Assembly: GCA_030390025.1 (NCBI GenBank) | Contig: CM059426.1 | Span: 164,486,001 to 164,550,000, forward strand | DNA length: 64,000 bases | Reading direction: 5' to 3' | Origin: Squalus acanthias | Lineage: Eukaryota | In this document: positions 46,200 to 58,820 of the stretch, piece after piece | How the letters are laid out: the number at the start of each line of letters is the position of its first letter | Numbering within the stretch: position 1 is the stretch's first letter | Made by a program: the position numbers and the translations under genes | The notes under the pieces: model-generated | Seen by the model: only the letters and a program-made list of their open reading frames with translations | What the model was told of the DNA's origin: nothing | Database searches by the model: none

Positions 46200-46570
46200 A
46201 ATGAATGTTTTCCCCTTCCAATTGTCTCAAGGCACAGACTCTTGCAAAGGTAGTTTTCCAGAGTCACTGGAACTCCTTTACCACCTTCTCCTTGTGCCTG
46301 CTATTCACATGTAAGATTAGACAGAGTGCTGGTACACTTCTTGACCATAATAAGCACCAAAACCAAGGCTAATCATTGTCTCACCCAACGCCCACACATT
46401 CAATTCCCAGCAGAGATAGCTAGATAGCAATAGGAGTGGGACTGTGGCCGATTATAGTGCCTCAATCGTTGCCCCAGTAAAAATAAGATAATTATGCATT
46501 GACTGGACATAGAACCTCAGATACGCTGGTATGCATGGCTCATTACACCAGCCATTGCATCACTTGGCTG
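46200..46570 (-). mobile_element. AmnSINE2-like ancient SINE
   Basis: Degenerate reverse-complement match to the family. Confidence 0.45.
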
Positions 46571-47169
46571 TAAAACACTCAGGTTAACCTAGGAGTTGGG
46601 GAAGGGGCGGAATATGAAAACAAATTCATCAGCTGATCACAACATCCATGCTATTCTTTCCATGATTTCAACCTAAACAAGCCAACAGAACTGGTTGGTT
46701 TTATCTGTGAATTTCATGTGAACATTAAATGCATTTGTGCCAATGTGGATTTAATTTTCACAAAAGGCAGACAAGAAACTTGCAAAAATAAAGCCCAGTG
46801 AAAAATTTCCATATTTAACAGAACTGAGTATTATTGGGGAAATAATCTATGAACTACAGGGGTTATTAAAACTCCCATCCTGCCCTCTGCCAACAGGATG
46901 AGACACGCAGTTTGTCGATATTGCCACAGATCCCATATGTCACTTGGTAAATCTGCCAAGTGGCATTCTTCAGAGTGGCAAAAGACGTTTTTCTTTTCGG
47001 ACAGGATTTCCTTCTGGTCTTGGATGACCTAGCCACCACACAAGCACTCTGCTGTATCTCATATCACAAGCAGCAAATCATAGTTGTAAGATTCCGTTTT
47101 AGAATTCACTGGATTCAAAGCATCCTGATTTTTCATGAAATTCTTAGGAAGAGAATGAAAGACAGCCTC

Positions 47170-47375
47170 CCTCCTTGATTTTAAAATTCTCATCCTTGTT
47201 TTCAAATCCCTCCATGGCCTCACCCCGCCAATCCTCCTCGATCTCTGCGCTCCTCCAATTCTGGCCTCCTGTGCATTCCCGATTTTCATCTCTCTACCAT
47301 TGGGGGCCGTGCCTTCAGCTCTGGAATGCCCTCCGCTGTCAAATTTTGTTTGATAACACTACTGTAAAGTGCCAT
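47170..47375 (+). mobile_element. L2 3' fragment with deletions
   Basis: ttttaaaattctcatccttgttttcaaatccctccatggcct shared with other L2 copies. Confidence 0.82.
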
Positions 47376-47669
47376 CACCAAGTGAGGTGGATTGTCTCCT
47401 TTCTCTTACCACTATTAAAATCAAAACTCGCCAAAGAAACCAAATTCTCAAGACTGAACTCCTTCAAAATGATCATGGTCACAAAGATATCATCTCTGAA
47501 ACAGTTCCACTGCTACAGACAAGAGAATGAAGGAGGTGGATATACAGACAGGGTTGGGCATTATTTCTGATCCACACCCTACTGAAGAGCGTCTGGCTTG
47601 CACCTCTGGACTGTCATCATTCACTAAGGCAGAATGCCAACGACTGTAAAATGGACAATTGAGATCTTT

Positions 47670-47870
47670 TGACCGCTCAGTTGGTAAGTACAAGACCTAC
47701 AGTGGATCTGAGCCATATAGGTCAGGAAGGTGCCAGGTTTGAACCCAGTCTGTCCCCAATTAGCTCATCCCAGCTAGGAATTTCAGTTCACCTCAACACC
47801 TGTGGGTTAACTGCAGGGAGGGAAGGGGGAGGGAAGGAGGAAAATGCCGAAATTTTCCTTATTGCTGGTG
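47670..47870 (+). mobile_element. AmnSINE2-like 5' part
   Basis: gctcagttggtaa...tgagccatataggtcaggaaggtgccaggtttgaa. Confidence 0.55.
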
Positions 47871-48964
47871 TTTTAAAAAAATAAAATAAAATCACTATAA
47901 AAAATTGAAGGATTATAAACAGGACATACAAAACCCACAATTACAATTTGCATAAATGTTTTCCTATTACACAAAAACAAAGTGAATGAAGCTTTTGCAG
48001 TATTCCTAACCAAGCACTTCATTAGTTAAACCAGTGTCAAGTAGCTGTTGCGTCACGAGTTAATAGCTAATCACAGCATCACATGGTGCTGTGTGGCTCC
48101 TCTAGACAAGCTTATGACTCGCCCTGCAAGGTTGTTCAAACATTGGCTACAATAGCCTCTAACTGCGGTCATGTGAGTAGCTGTCATCTGACAGCTCTTA
48201 GCAACCTTGCTGATCTCAGCAGGACACACAGAATACAAATATATGAAACTTGGTTAAAAAAAAAATCTACAGTACAACAGCAAACATGAAACTGCTGAAA
48301 CAGGTTATAGGCTCAAAAGAGTAACCCTTTTAAAATCAAACACTGTACAAAAAACCCACACGGGTTCCAGCAAGGAGCACGAGATAAAAATGCTTTGTGT
48401 TCTCCAAGTAGCACTGAGGCATGTGTCGGGTCTCTGCATTTGGCAACAGATTCTGACCACTCCCACTGTACACAACTTGAATTTCACATTCCAGATCTTA
48501 AGGGGAAATTAGAATGAGCAGCATGGTCTACACAACAAAAGCGAAAATTTACAAAACCCTACTTGTGACACTCTTCTTGCCATAAGCCGCTGCAACAATT
48601 AAAGCTAGTGTTGGATTTTTTTTTTAAATAAATGATATGGTGCTGAACTGCTCAAAACAAAATACACACTTTTTAACCATTTGCACTAAATGTAGTTCCT
48701 GCAAAAATGAGCTGGGAGATTCATCCTGCACCACTCCACTAATTATACCTCCCACCAGTCAATATGGAAAGAGTTGCATTTAAATAGCACCTCACCACAT
48801 CTGGTAGCATTTCACTCTATGAATTGCTTGGAAATGAAGGGACTTAATTCTGCAAACTCTGGAGCCATTTCCACACAGCAAGATGCCAAAACAATGAGAT
48901 ACATGACCAGCTAAACTTTGAGGAAGGAATGCTGGCCAAGACCACCGAGATGACAACAGCAACT

Positions 48965-50025
48965 ACTTTTATTTATATAGCGCCTTTAACGTTGTAAAAC
49001 GTCCCAATGCGCTTCACAGGAGTATTACAAGGCAAAGAATTTGACACTGAGCCATACATGGATAAATTAGGGCAGGTGACCAAAAGCTTGGTCAAAGAGG
49101 TAGGTTTTAAGGAGCGTCTTAAAAGGAGGAAAGAGAGGTGGAGGGGTTTAGGCAGGGAATTCCAGAGCTTAGGGCCTAGGCAACAGGAGGCACAGCCACC
49201 AATGGTTGAGTGATTATAATCAGGGATGTTCAATAGGGCAGAATTAGAGGAGTGCAGATATCTCAGGGGGTTGTGGGGCTGGAGGAGATTAGAGAGATAG
49301 GGAGGGGCGAGGCCATGGAGGGATTTGTAAACAAGGATGAAAATTTTGAAATTATGGGGTTGCTTAACCGGGAGCCAATGTAGGTCAGCGAGCACAGGGG
49401 TGATGGGTGAAGGGGACCTGGTATGAGTTAGGACACAGGCAGCCGAGTTTTGGATCACCTCAAGTTTACGTAGGGTAGAACGTGGGAGGCCAGCCAGGAA
49501 TGCGTTGGAATAGTCAAGTCTAGATGTAACAAAGGCATGGATGAGGGTTTCAGCAGCGGATGAGCTGAGGCAGGGGCGGAAACAGGCGATGTTATGGAGG
49601 TGGAAATAGGCGGTCTTAGTTATGCTGTGGCTATGCGGTCGGAAGCTCATTTCAGGGTCAAATATGGCACCAAGGTTGCGAACAGTGTGGTTCAGCCTCA
49701 GACAAATGTTAGGGAGAGGGATGGAGTCAGTGGCTAGGGAACGGAGGTTGTGGCAGGGACCGAAAACAATGCCATCGGTCTTCCCAATAGTTAACTGGAG
49801 AAAATTTCTGCTCATCCAGAACTGGATGTCAAACAAGCAGTCTGACAATTTAGAGACCGTGGAGGGGTCGAGAGAAGTGGTGGTGAGGTAGAGCTGGGTG
49901 TAGTCAGCGTACACGTGGAAACGGATGATGTTTTCGGATGATGTCGTCAAGGGGCAACATGTAGTTGAGAAATAGGAGGGGGCCAAGGATAGATCCTTGG
50001 GGGACACCAGAGGTAACGATGCCCA
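48965..50025 (-). mobile_element. L2-clade LINE 3' 1 kb (end of RT)
   Basis: ORF 48973..50007 [11 protein letters not shown]...[11 protein letters not shown]...LHWLPV. Confidence 0.93.
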
Positions 50026-50104
50026 TGAGCCACAGTGGAGAAGTTTTGTTTACAACTTCCAGTCCATTCCCTCCCCCAGGTCATGGCAGTCACTTTTAAA
50101 AATA

Positions 50105-50600
50105 AGCAACTGCAACTTGCATTTATACAGCATCCTTAATGTAGCAAAACATCAAAAGGTGCCTCACAGGAATGCTATCAAAATTTCAGCACCAAGCTGC
50201 AAAGAGATATTAGGACAGATGAGCAATAGCTTGGTCATAGGTGTTAGTTTTAAAGAGTAACTTAAGGGGGAGGGGGAGGGGGGGGAAGGAGGAGAGGATT
50301 CCAGAGTTTAGGACCTAGACAGCTGAAGGCACGGCCACCAGTGGCAGAGCGATGGAAATCGGAGTTGCGCAAGAGGGCAGAATTGGAGGAGCGCAGTGAT
50401 CTTGGAGGGTTGTAGCGCTGGGGGAGGTTGCAGAGGTAGGGAGGGGTAAGGCCATGGAGGGATTTGAAAACAAGGATGAGAATTTTAAAAATCAAGGCGT
50501 TGCTTAACTGGGAGGCAATGTAGGTCAGCAAGCACAGGGGTGATGGGTGAATGGGACTTGGTGCGAGTTAGGACACGGGCAGCCGAGTTTTGGATGAGCA
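50105..50600 (-). mobile_element. L2 3' fragment
   Basis: [19 protein letters not shown]...GPKLWN. Confidence 0.88.
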
Positions 50601-51156
50601 CGAAGCAGGGCCAGGCGTTTCCTCACATGGTGGAAGATTGATCCTTTGCTTCTTATACAGCTACAAGCAGCAAGCCATTTGCACATCACAGCCAGGGAAG
50701 GCCTGTTGTGCTGGGAGAAGAAAGGAAGGCAAAATGGAAGGAAATAGCTTAGAAAGTGGGAATCACTTCCTCAAACATACACAAAATAGCCTGTTCTGAT
50801 GAAGGATTACACATCCAAGTCATCACAGATGCTAAAATGAGCTTGCTCTGCATTTCCAGCATTTTCTATTTGATTTCCAACCTTAACTTTTTTTTATAAT
50901 AGCCTGAATAGGACTTTTTGCAGAATATACATAGCTTTTATGGAGGGGTGGGTGGGGGGTGGAAAGGAAGAGGTGAGGGAACAGAGTATCTCTACTGAAC
51001 TTTCTATTAACAGCCTATGACTCAAAACATTTTGGATCCTTTCACAATAAAAGCCGTTTTAAAGATTTTTGGCTGTGAACACAGATGAACTAGTACAGGA
51101 AAGACACCAGGCATTTACAGACTATTCCAGAATAAAACAGTCAAAATATAAATATT

Positions 51157-51868
51157 GGGGCAGATTTTGCTGTAGCAGGGCATCTAATAGCATCTGCAGA
51201 CATCCTCCTGCACCCTTCAGCTCAAAAAATGTTTGCCCACAAAGTTGCTGAAAGTGTGAGCTGAAAACAGCGCAGGTGAGGGAAACAGGGCATCTGGGAC
51301 CTGAATGAACAGGGCATCTCCTTAACCAAGATTTAAGGATTGGAAATAAACAGCGGAAGGATCGAGAATGAGGATGAATTCAATGTCAAATTAGATACAG
51401 AAAGAGAAAGAGAGGAAAGAAAGATGAGAGAAAAGAGAGACAGAGAAAGATTAAAAAAGACATTTTTAAAATCTTCCCGAAAAATTAAAAACCTGAAGGA
51501 AGAGACTCCACACTTGTAATAGTTAATTTTCAGCACCAGAGAGGTTGATTGGCAGTCATTAACATTTATGTCGTTAAGGGTACATACCCTTGTAATTACT
51601 AGTCCTAAATATCTGTGGCACGTTCAGTTCGTATCTACCGTGCAAAGTCAGCAATTTCATGACATTCAGTGCAGGTCAATAGTGAGGCAGACAGCAAAAT
51701 GCCATTTTCGCGAAGCTAACGGTGACGCAGCGCAACACAGACATCAACTTTTGGATATTTGCATTTAACTATGCATCTGCTCCTCACCTGAACTTGCTGT
51801 ACCATTTACACATAAATAACAGAGACCGTCATTACCATCACCTTTATTTTGACAGCAAAATCTAGCCC
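51157..51868. mobile_element. 712-bp non-autonomous DNA element, PIF/Harbinger-like MITE
   Basis: TIRs ggggcagattttgctgt / acagcaaaatctagccc (15/17), flanked by ATT on both sides; related copy at 59609-60230. Confidence 0.7.
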
Positions 51869-51939
51869 ATTTAATACCAGTTAGAATAGATTTTATTATG
51901 CTACTATGCAAAATCACAGCAGTGAAAGAGTTACTGGCT

Positions 51940-52032
51940 ATGCCACTTCACCTGAGGAAGGGGCAATCGATAGCTCCGAAAGCTTGTGATTTCAAATAAA
52001 ACTGTTGGACTATAACCTGGTGTTGTGCGACC
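51940..52032 (+). mobile_element. Solo Penelope terminal fragment
   Basis: aaataaaactgttggactataacctggtgttgtgcgac is nearly identical to 34610-34648. Confidence 0.85.
51948..51989 (+). ncRNA. Minimal type I hammerhead ribozyme motif (second copy)
   Basis: TCAC-CTGAGGA-A-[GGGGC aatcgata GCTCC]-GAAA-GCTT-GTGA. Confidence 0.75.
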
Positions 52033-52408
52033 TCTCAATTTTATGCACACTAACACAAGGTTGTTAATCTAATGTAAACACAAACATCGTCATGCAGAAG
52101 TTATTAAGATAGGCTCAGTTTCACCTCTCGATAAAAACAAGGAGGAGGGGAGGAAAGATAGTTAAGTTTCATTAAGATTGCACAATTTATGAAGTTAAAA
52201 TTCTATACTGTTTCAAAGATTTCAGTGATTCTAAAATGTACACATCTAATTAGCACCCACAAATGGCAGCCTCCTTATAGCTTGTTTAAAGAAAATGTCA
52301 GCACTCAATATTGCTTAGCTGCAGTATTTTAAGTCACACCAATCATGCAATGATTTCCACTCTTGTTCATGGTCCAGAAAATTATTTTCATCTAGAAACC
52401 ACTTTCCC

Positions 52409-52485
52409 TAGAGAGATAGATAGATAGATATAGAGATAGAGATAGAGATAGAGATATAGATAGAGATATATATATATATATATAT
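52409..52485 (+). repeat. Compound microsatellite (AGAT)n/(AGAGAT)n/(AT)n
   Basis: Seen directly. Confidence 0.92.
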
Positions 52486-53869
52486 TGGAGTGTTCTCCTT
52501 GAAACCTGAAACTGTAATATACTATAACTTGGTGTTAGTAAAAACCATGTTCAAGTCAGATCGTAATTCAACACTCAAGCTCCGTTTTCCCCAATGCAAA
52601 TATGCAAAGTCATCAACTGCGCCTACAGGCAAATGCACTATTCTACCCCTCCATGCACTGCTCTTCTCAACAGGCAAGTGTTAAACACAAAACTATTGAA
52701 CTGGTTACACTTCGGGTTTAACTTGTACTTGTGGCAGAGGGGGAGTTTCCAAAATCAGGCTTAAATTTATTTCCAAGATACACACAAACAGGAAGACAAA
52801 ACAAGTTATTGATCATACAAATAGTTAGAAAATATGATAGAATTAGTCCACAGGGATTAAAATACTACTTCCAATATATTTCTTAAATTGATCGTTATGA
52901 GATGAAGCTTTTGGACAAAACTGACTACATTAATGCTTTACATGAGGATGTTGCAAAATAGCAGTCCATTAGACTGAGTTGAAGAATTTGTTTATCGTCT
53001 CTTCAGTCTCTCAGATCAACATTTAAAAGAGATTTCCCAGCCACCAAACAAACCTTGACGTAATTAGTTGGTGTACAGACAATGGCAGCAAAAGCATCTA
53101 GCGGATTCTCCGAATCGGTGAATGGATCTGGCCAGTTTTGGGCGTCGGCTACACCAGTCAAGGCAGCATTAGAACCGTGCAACCTGTAAAATTGCATGGG
53201 GCCGAGTGGATCCAGTGATAGAAAAAAGAATGTAGGTCCCAAACCAAACCTTTGCGCAGGGTCCCCGCAAAGCCAACACCACCCCTGCTCTCCCCTTCCC
53301 GGGACAAAATACCTTTTAAGATACAGCTGGCTGAAGCCAATTTTTTTATAAATCAGATTTACCCTACAAGAGTAATAAAATGTACAGAAATACCCATCGT
53401 CACCGTGCCATCATCCTGAATGTCACATCTAAAAAAAAAATCTTTTCAACAAATCTGCAAGATCCATCTTCTGAATAGTATATTTTTCTCTGTCTCTCTG
53501 TGCCCCTCCCAAATACTGGATAAAAACCAGCAAGCAGTATTTACAAAACTGGGCTCAGTTATGTGGCAACTTATATTTAATATAAAATCTAATTTTTGCA
53601 CAACTGGGTAAACCATGGTACTTATGGTCATAAATCATACATATTCGTGTTCAATTAGCTAGCACTACAAATCATGGATATAGAAAATCAAAAATGTATA
53701 TAGACAACATACAACCACCCATCCCCCCGCCATTAAGATCTGAGCAGGTGTGTGCAGACGGAAATGAAGTGTGGGCAAGGGAAGAGAAGCAGGGTCAAGT
53801 ATTGTCGTCAGTTGGAATAAACACCATTGGGAGTTGGCTGTATTTGAGAGTGTAGAGAATGGGTGGTTG

Positions 53870-54135
53870 TCACATGGCTCAGTGGTAGCACACTCATCTC
53901 AGAAGGTCGTGGGTTCAAGTCGCACTCGAGACTTGAGCACATAATTTCGGCTAACACTTGCAGTACTAAATGCTGCATTGCCGGAAGTGCCATCTTTCAA
54001 ATGTTATTAAACTAGCCTCTCAGGTGGACGTATGGCACTATTCGAAGAGCAGGGTAGTTCTTCCCAGTGTTCTGGCTAACATTTATCCCTCAAACATCAC
54101 TAAAACAGATTACCATTTCATTGCCGTTTGGGGGG
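53870..54135 (+). mobile_element. DeuSINE-like SINE, decayed
   Basis: tggctcagtggtagca...ggttcaagtc...tggcactattcgaagagcaggg. Confidence 0.82.
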
Positions 54136-54554
54136 ATGACTGCTTTAAGTGTAAAGTTTCTCATAGATAAGAGTGGTCAAAGATCAATATATAGTGGATT
54201 ACATGTGCTGAATTAATGCAGATTTTAACTAAATACACCTCAAGAGTTAGTTTCACACCAGTGCTGACGTGGATACATCAGCACATAAACTGTATGTGGG
54301 GGAAGGAAAGTAAAGGGGATAAAATTAATTCACAACTACTCTTCTTTCACCTGCCAAACATTTCAGCATTAGTGTATGCTTACAATTAAACTGTGTCCTA
54401 AAATCATGCAAGAACACAAGTAAATTACAGTTGTGAAATTTCCCCAGAGAGCCAGCCACTCCAACCAATCTGCACTTGCAAATCTGTGTAGTGAGCCTAG
54501 ACTGTGATATTACTCCTCACCCAAACCCTCCTTCAAAAAAGGAACTGTCTTCTG

Positions 54555-55715
54555 GCATTTGACAAAGCACCACATAGAAGGCTGGTTAACAAAATTGAGG
54601 CTCATGGAATAGGTGGGTCAGTGGCAGCTTGGATAAGGAATTGGCATAAGGAATTGGCTTAAGGACAGAAAACAGCGAGTTGTGGTAAATGGCTGTTTTT
54701 CAGATTGGAGGATAGTAGACCGTGGTGTCCCCAAGGGTCAGTGCTGGGGCCACTGCTTTTTTTGAGATATATTATATTATATGACCTGGATATTGGAATA
54801 CAGAGTAGAATTTCTAAATTTGCCAATGACACCAAACTTGGGGGTGTGGCAAACAGTGATGATGCTACCAATTGACTGCAACAGGACATAGAAAGGCTAG
54901 CAGAATGGGCAGACAAGTGGCAGATGGAATTTAATAGAGAAATGTGAGGTGATGCATTTTGGCAGAAGGAACAGAGAGACAATATACACTTAATGGCACA
55001 GTTTTAAAGAGTGTGCAGGGACAGAGGGACCTGGCAGTTAATGTGCATAGGTCCCTGAAGGCAAGAGTGTCGTTAACAAAGCATACGGGATCTTGGGCTT
55101 TATAAATAGAGGTATTGAGTACAAAAGTAGAGAAGTTATGCTGAACCTTTATAAAGCGCTGGTTAGGCCACAACTGGAGTATTGCGTCCAGTTCTGGTCA
55201 CCACACTTTAGGAAGGATGTGAAGACCCTTGAGAGGGTGCAGAGGAGATTTACTAGAATGGTTCTGGGGATGGGGGATCTTAGCTACAAGGACAGGTTGG
55301 AGAAGCTGGATTTGTTTACATTAGAGCAAAGGAGGTTGAGGGGTGATTTGATAGAGGTGTACAAGATTGAGACGGGTTTGGATAGGCTAGACGGGGAAAG
55401 GCTGTTCCCACTAGTTGATGGTACAAGGACTAGGGGACACAGATTTAAGGTTTTGGGCAAGAGACACAGGGGGGAGGTGAGGAAAAACTTTACGCAGCGA
55501 GTGGTGATGACCTGGAACTCGCTGCCAACGGAAGTGGTGGAAGCAGAGACACTCAATGTTTTCAAGGGGAGACTGGATAGGCACTGGAGGGAAATAAACT
55601 TGCAGGACTACAGGGATAGAGCAGGGGAATGGAACTGACTGGATTGCTCTAGAGAGCCGATACGGACTCAATGGGCTGAATGGCCTTCTTCTGTGCTGTT
55701 ATGATTCTATGACTC
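54555..55715 (+). mobile_element. CR1 LINE RT/3' fragment
   Basis: ORF 55093..55638 LYKALVRPQLEYCVQFWSPH...RRLRGDLIEVYK; attctatg tail. Confidence 0.93.
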
Positions 55716-55949
55716 TTATTGCTGGAGATGAACTTCACCCATATGCCTTTTAGATGGGAGGTGGTGGGTTATGTGGCAAGGAAAGGAATCACCAACAATT
55801 GCAGGCTGAATTTAGGGTGGGGGCTGGGGTTGCTGGGAAAATGTAGGCTTCAGCACCTCTCTTAGCTACCTCCTCAATCATTCATGCTTCTCGCCACTCC
55901 AAAAACATCCCTATCCCTTCACTCCACCCACCACCCCCCTTCCTACCAT

Positions 55950-56113
55950 AGCACAGCACAGGATGAATTCCTGCCAATTTCTAGAAGTGGACGTTGGACC
56001 CAAGAGCTCCTTTCCATGCACTGTTCTGATTACTGTTGCACCAGAAGCAGTTCGGATAGGTCAGATGTCCACTTCTAGAAATCGGCAGGGATTCAAACAT
56101 CCTGCGCTGTGCT
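55950..56113. repeat. Imperfect palindrome of about 165 bp
   Basis: agcacagcacaggatgaattcctgccaatttctagaagtggac ... gtccacttctagaaatcggcagggattcaaacatcctgcgctgtgct. Confidence 0.85.
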
Positions 56114-57141
56114 GAGATCACTCCACAATGTACCACCTCTGGCAATGCAAAGCTACAGTGAAAGACATTTCTGTGGCATATCCCGATTGCTACGTGAAAG
56201 TAGAGATCCTTGAAACAGTTGCCTATTTGAGACACACAACCCTACATGACTGAATATTTTGAAATTCTCAATTTTTGCTCCCAGTTTTTAAAATAAAAAG
56301 GATTGAACTCTGCCATCTTCTTGGAGACTACAAAATACCATTTCATAGAAATAGGGTGGGGCGTCAATGGGACATGAATCTCTCAAGGGGGGCTCAGCAA
56401 ATAAAGTTTAGGAACCTCTGGTCTAGACCATACCCTTCTCACATGCCCATCATTCCAGTTCCAAAGCATGTGATGTGATGTGATCTAATCCAAGCACACA
56501 GCTAAATAAAGCAGCTATGTTACCAGGCATATCTTTTGCTTCTTTGCAATGCACACTATTGAGAATTGAGGACAATTACCATCTACCACGCAAAGCCTAG
56601 TGACTTTATAGCTTTTCAAGTGGGGAATACAAAGTTAAATATTTTAAAATTAGCCACAATATTCATAGACACTTTATAATAGATTGAAAAATATACCTAG
56701 ATTGGATTTATACTTGAAGCTCAAAGAAATAATCATCAGGAATTTGAATTTCCTATTAGAAAGCAAAGCTGAATTCCTTCTGAAACAAAATGGGAACAGT
56801 AGAGTAGCCAGTTTAAAAAGGTCTTCTGGTAATCAGCTACATTCCTGCCTTTTCCCTTTGAGTAGTCTTTATTACATGGTGTAATTAATCCTGTAGCCAA
56901 AAAACCCTCTTATTCATGTGAGAATCAATTTAGGGCTCAAAAAACAAAGCAATATTCAAAATTCCCAGGACGGATTATGCCGCCATAGAATTTCCCCATT
57001 CTAGAAAAAAAAACTGTCTTGGATGTTCTCAAACATTCACAATCAGAGCAATGAACTACATTTTATGACATGAACATGTATTTTTTTCTGGCTGGAACAG
57101 GAAGAGTAGGAGGAGGAAGGGAAATATAGCAATGCTATCAT

Positions 57142-57548
57142 TTTTTTAATTCATTCACGGGATGTGGGCGTCGTCGACAAGGCCAGCATTTATTGCCCAT
57201 CCCTAATTGCCCTCAAGAAGCTGCCTTCTTGAATACACAGAGTGGCTTGCGAGGCCATTTCAGAGGACAGTTAAGAGTCAACCACATTGCTGTGGGTCTA
57301 GAGTCAGATATAGGCCAGACCAGGTAAGGACGGCAGATTTCCTTCCCTAAAAGGACATTAGATGGGTTTTTACGACAATCCGGTAGTCACCATTGCTGAT
57401 ACTAGCTTTTTAATTCCAGATTTATTTAATTAACTGAATTTAAATTAGCCAGCTACCGTGGTGGGATTTGAACTCACGTCTCCGGATCATTAGTCCAGGC
57501 CTCTGGATTACTAGTCCAGTAACATAACCACTATGCTACCATACCCAC
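57142..57548 (-). mobile_element. SINE-like bipartite element, full length (tRNA-like head plus LINE 3' tail)
   Basis: 57240-57548 matches LINE 5' end 37700-37986; 57142-57220 matches LINE tail 34850-34930. Confidence 0.88.
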
Positions 57549-58499
57549 AGTATACTGCAACATGGATTTCAGAAACGTCCTCTAAACTGGCCACAATCCT
57601 ACCCCCAGCATATTTCTCCTGATTCAACAAGTTGTTGGTTTCATGCTTGTTCTGCTTTGAACTACTGGCAATATAATTTGCAGGTGGCTCCTCTGCCGCA
57701 TTAGTGTTCCTAAAACCTCCCCTTGTTATAGGATACAGTACTATCATTGTGTCAGGAGCACAATTGTTCTTTCCAGAACCAAGTGAATATTGCTTCATCC
57801 AACAGCTGTCCAAAGGTTACAATATCATTTGTTACAGGTTCATTTATTGTCTTTGTTATAGTGGAGAGAGCTGAACTCTGCCTATGTTTCACAAGTTGGA
57901 TTCTTAGAGAGGACTTGCATTTATAAAGCATGCTTCACATCCTCAAGATGGCCCAAAAGTACCTCACAGCCAAATGAACTGCTTTTTGAAGTGCGGTCAC
58001 TTGTGTAGCAAACAGCAGCCAATTTGCACAATAAAGTCTGAATTCAGTTGTGTCCTTTTTCTTATTCAGCTTCTTGCAATACGATGCACTTACACAATGT
58101 TTCAGGCAATTCTATTGTCATGAATTGAAACTTTGATATACAACATCTGTGAGGGGCGATGGGAAAGCAACCAGGCCTCTCTGCCAATGCCAATATGAAA
58201 TCAATTAAGAGCAGCTTAAAGGGCAGATATTTCCAACCTTCGGTGGGGGGGGAGGGGGAGGAAGGAAGGAGAAAGAGAAAAAATTGGGGAATCTCATCTG
58301 CTACCATTCTGAGTTAAAGACTTTCAACTATTACGATAACTTCAAAAGTCAGGACAACAATGCGCATTTCACCTAGAAGTAACAAAAATATCCCTCCCCT
58401 TGTAAAAGAATTTGAAACATTCTCTATCTTCATGGACTGCTTAGCAGGTTTACCCAGCCTGCAGCTTAGCTGCCGACCACAAGGATCCAGCTTAGATCC

Positions 58500-58820
58500 C
58501 CACTCTCCATTGAGTTTCCAAATCTCAGCTGTCAGTAGTAGGAGCACCGCATTTGGCAACACTGGTCCTGGTTTAGGGACAGGAAAATCACTAGCTACCC
58601 AATCTTGCCAGATTCCTGTTGGATAGCAATCAGAAATGCGTGCCTGTGGACATTAGATGAGGGCAGTACAGGATAAGGTTAGCCTACTGGCACTCCCTAC
58701 TGTGAGTCACTTGTGTACAATGGCCACTTGGATTCACAAGTGACTTTCAATAGCGCAACCAGTGCCTATAGAACTGAATCCAAAAAGGAGTCCAATGCCT
58801 TCCTGAGGGAAGGAAGAGTG
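58500..58820 (+). mobile_element. AmnSINE2-like ancient SINE
   Basis: atctcagctg...tagggacaggaaaatca...aatggccacttgg...gccttcctgagg. Confidence 0.55.

Noticed and set aside
48973-50007. Longest ORF (344 aa) as a host gene
   Set aside because: It is the C-terminal part of an L2 LINE reverse transcriptase with a degenerate catalytic motif (YADY).
50790-50880. Third hammerhead (ctgatgaagg) in a Penelope-derived remnant
   Set aside because: The GAAA box and stem II are missing; too decayed to call.
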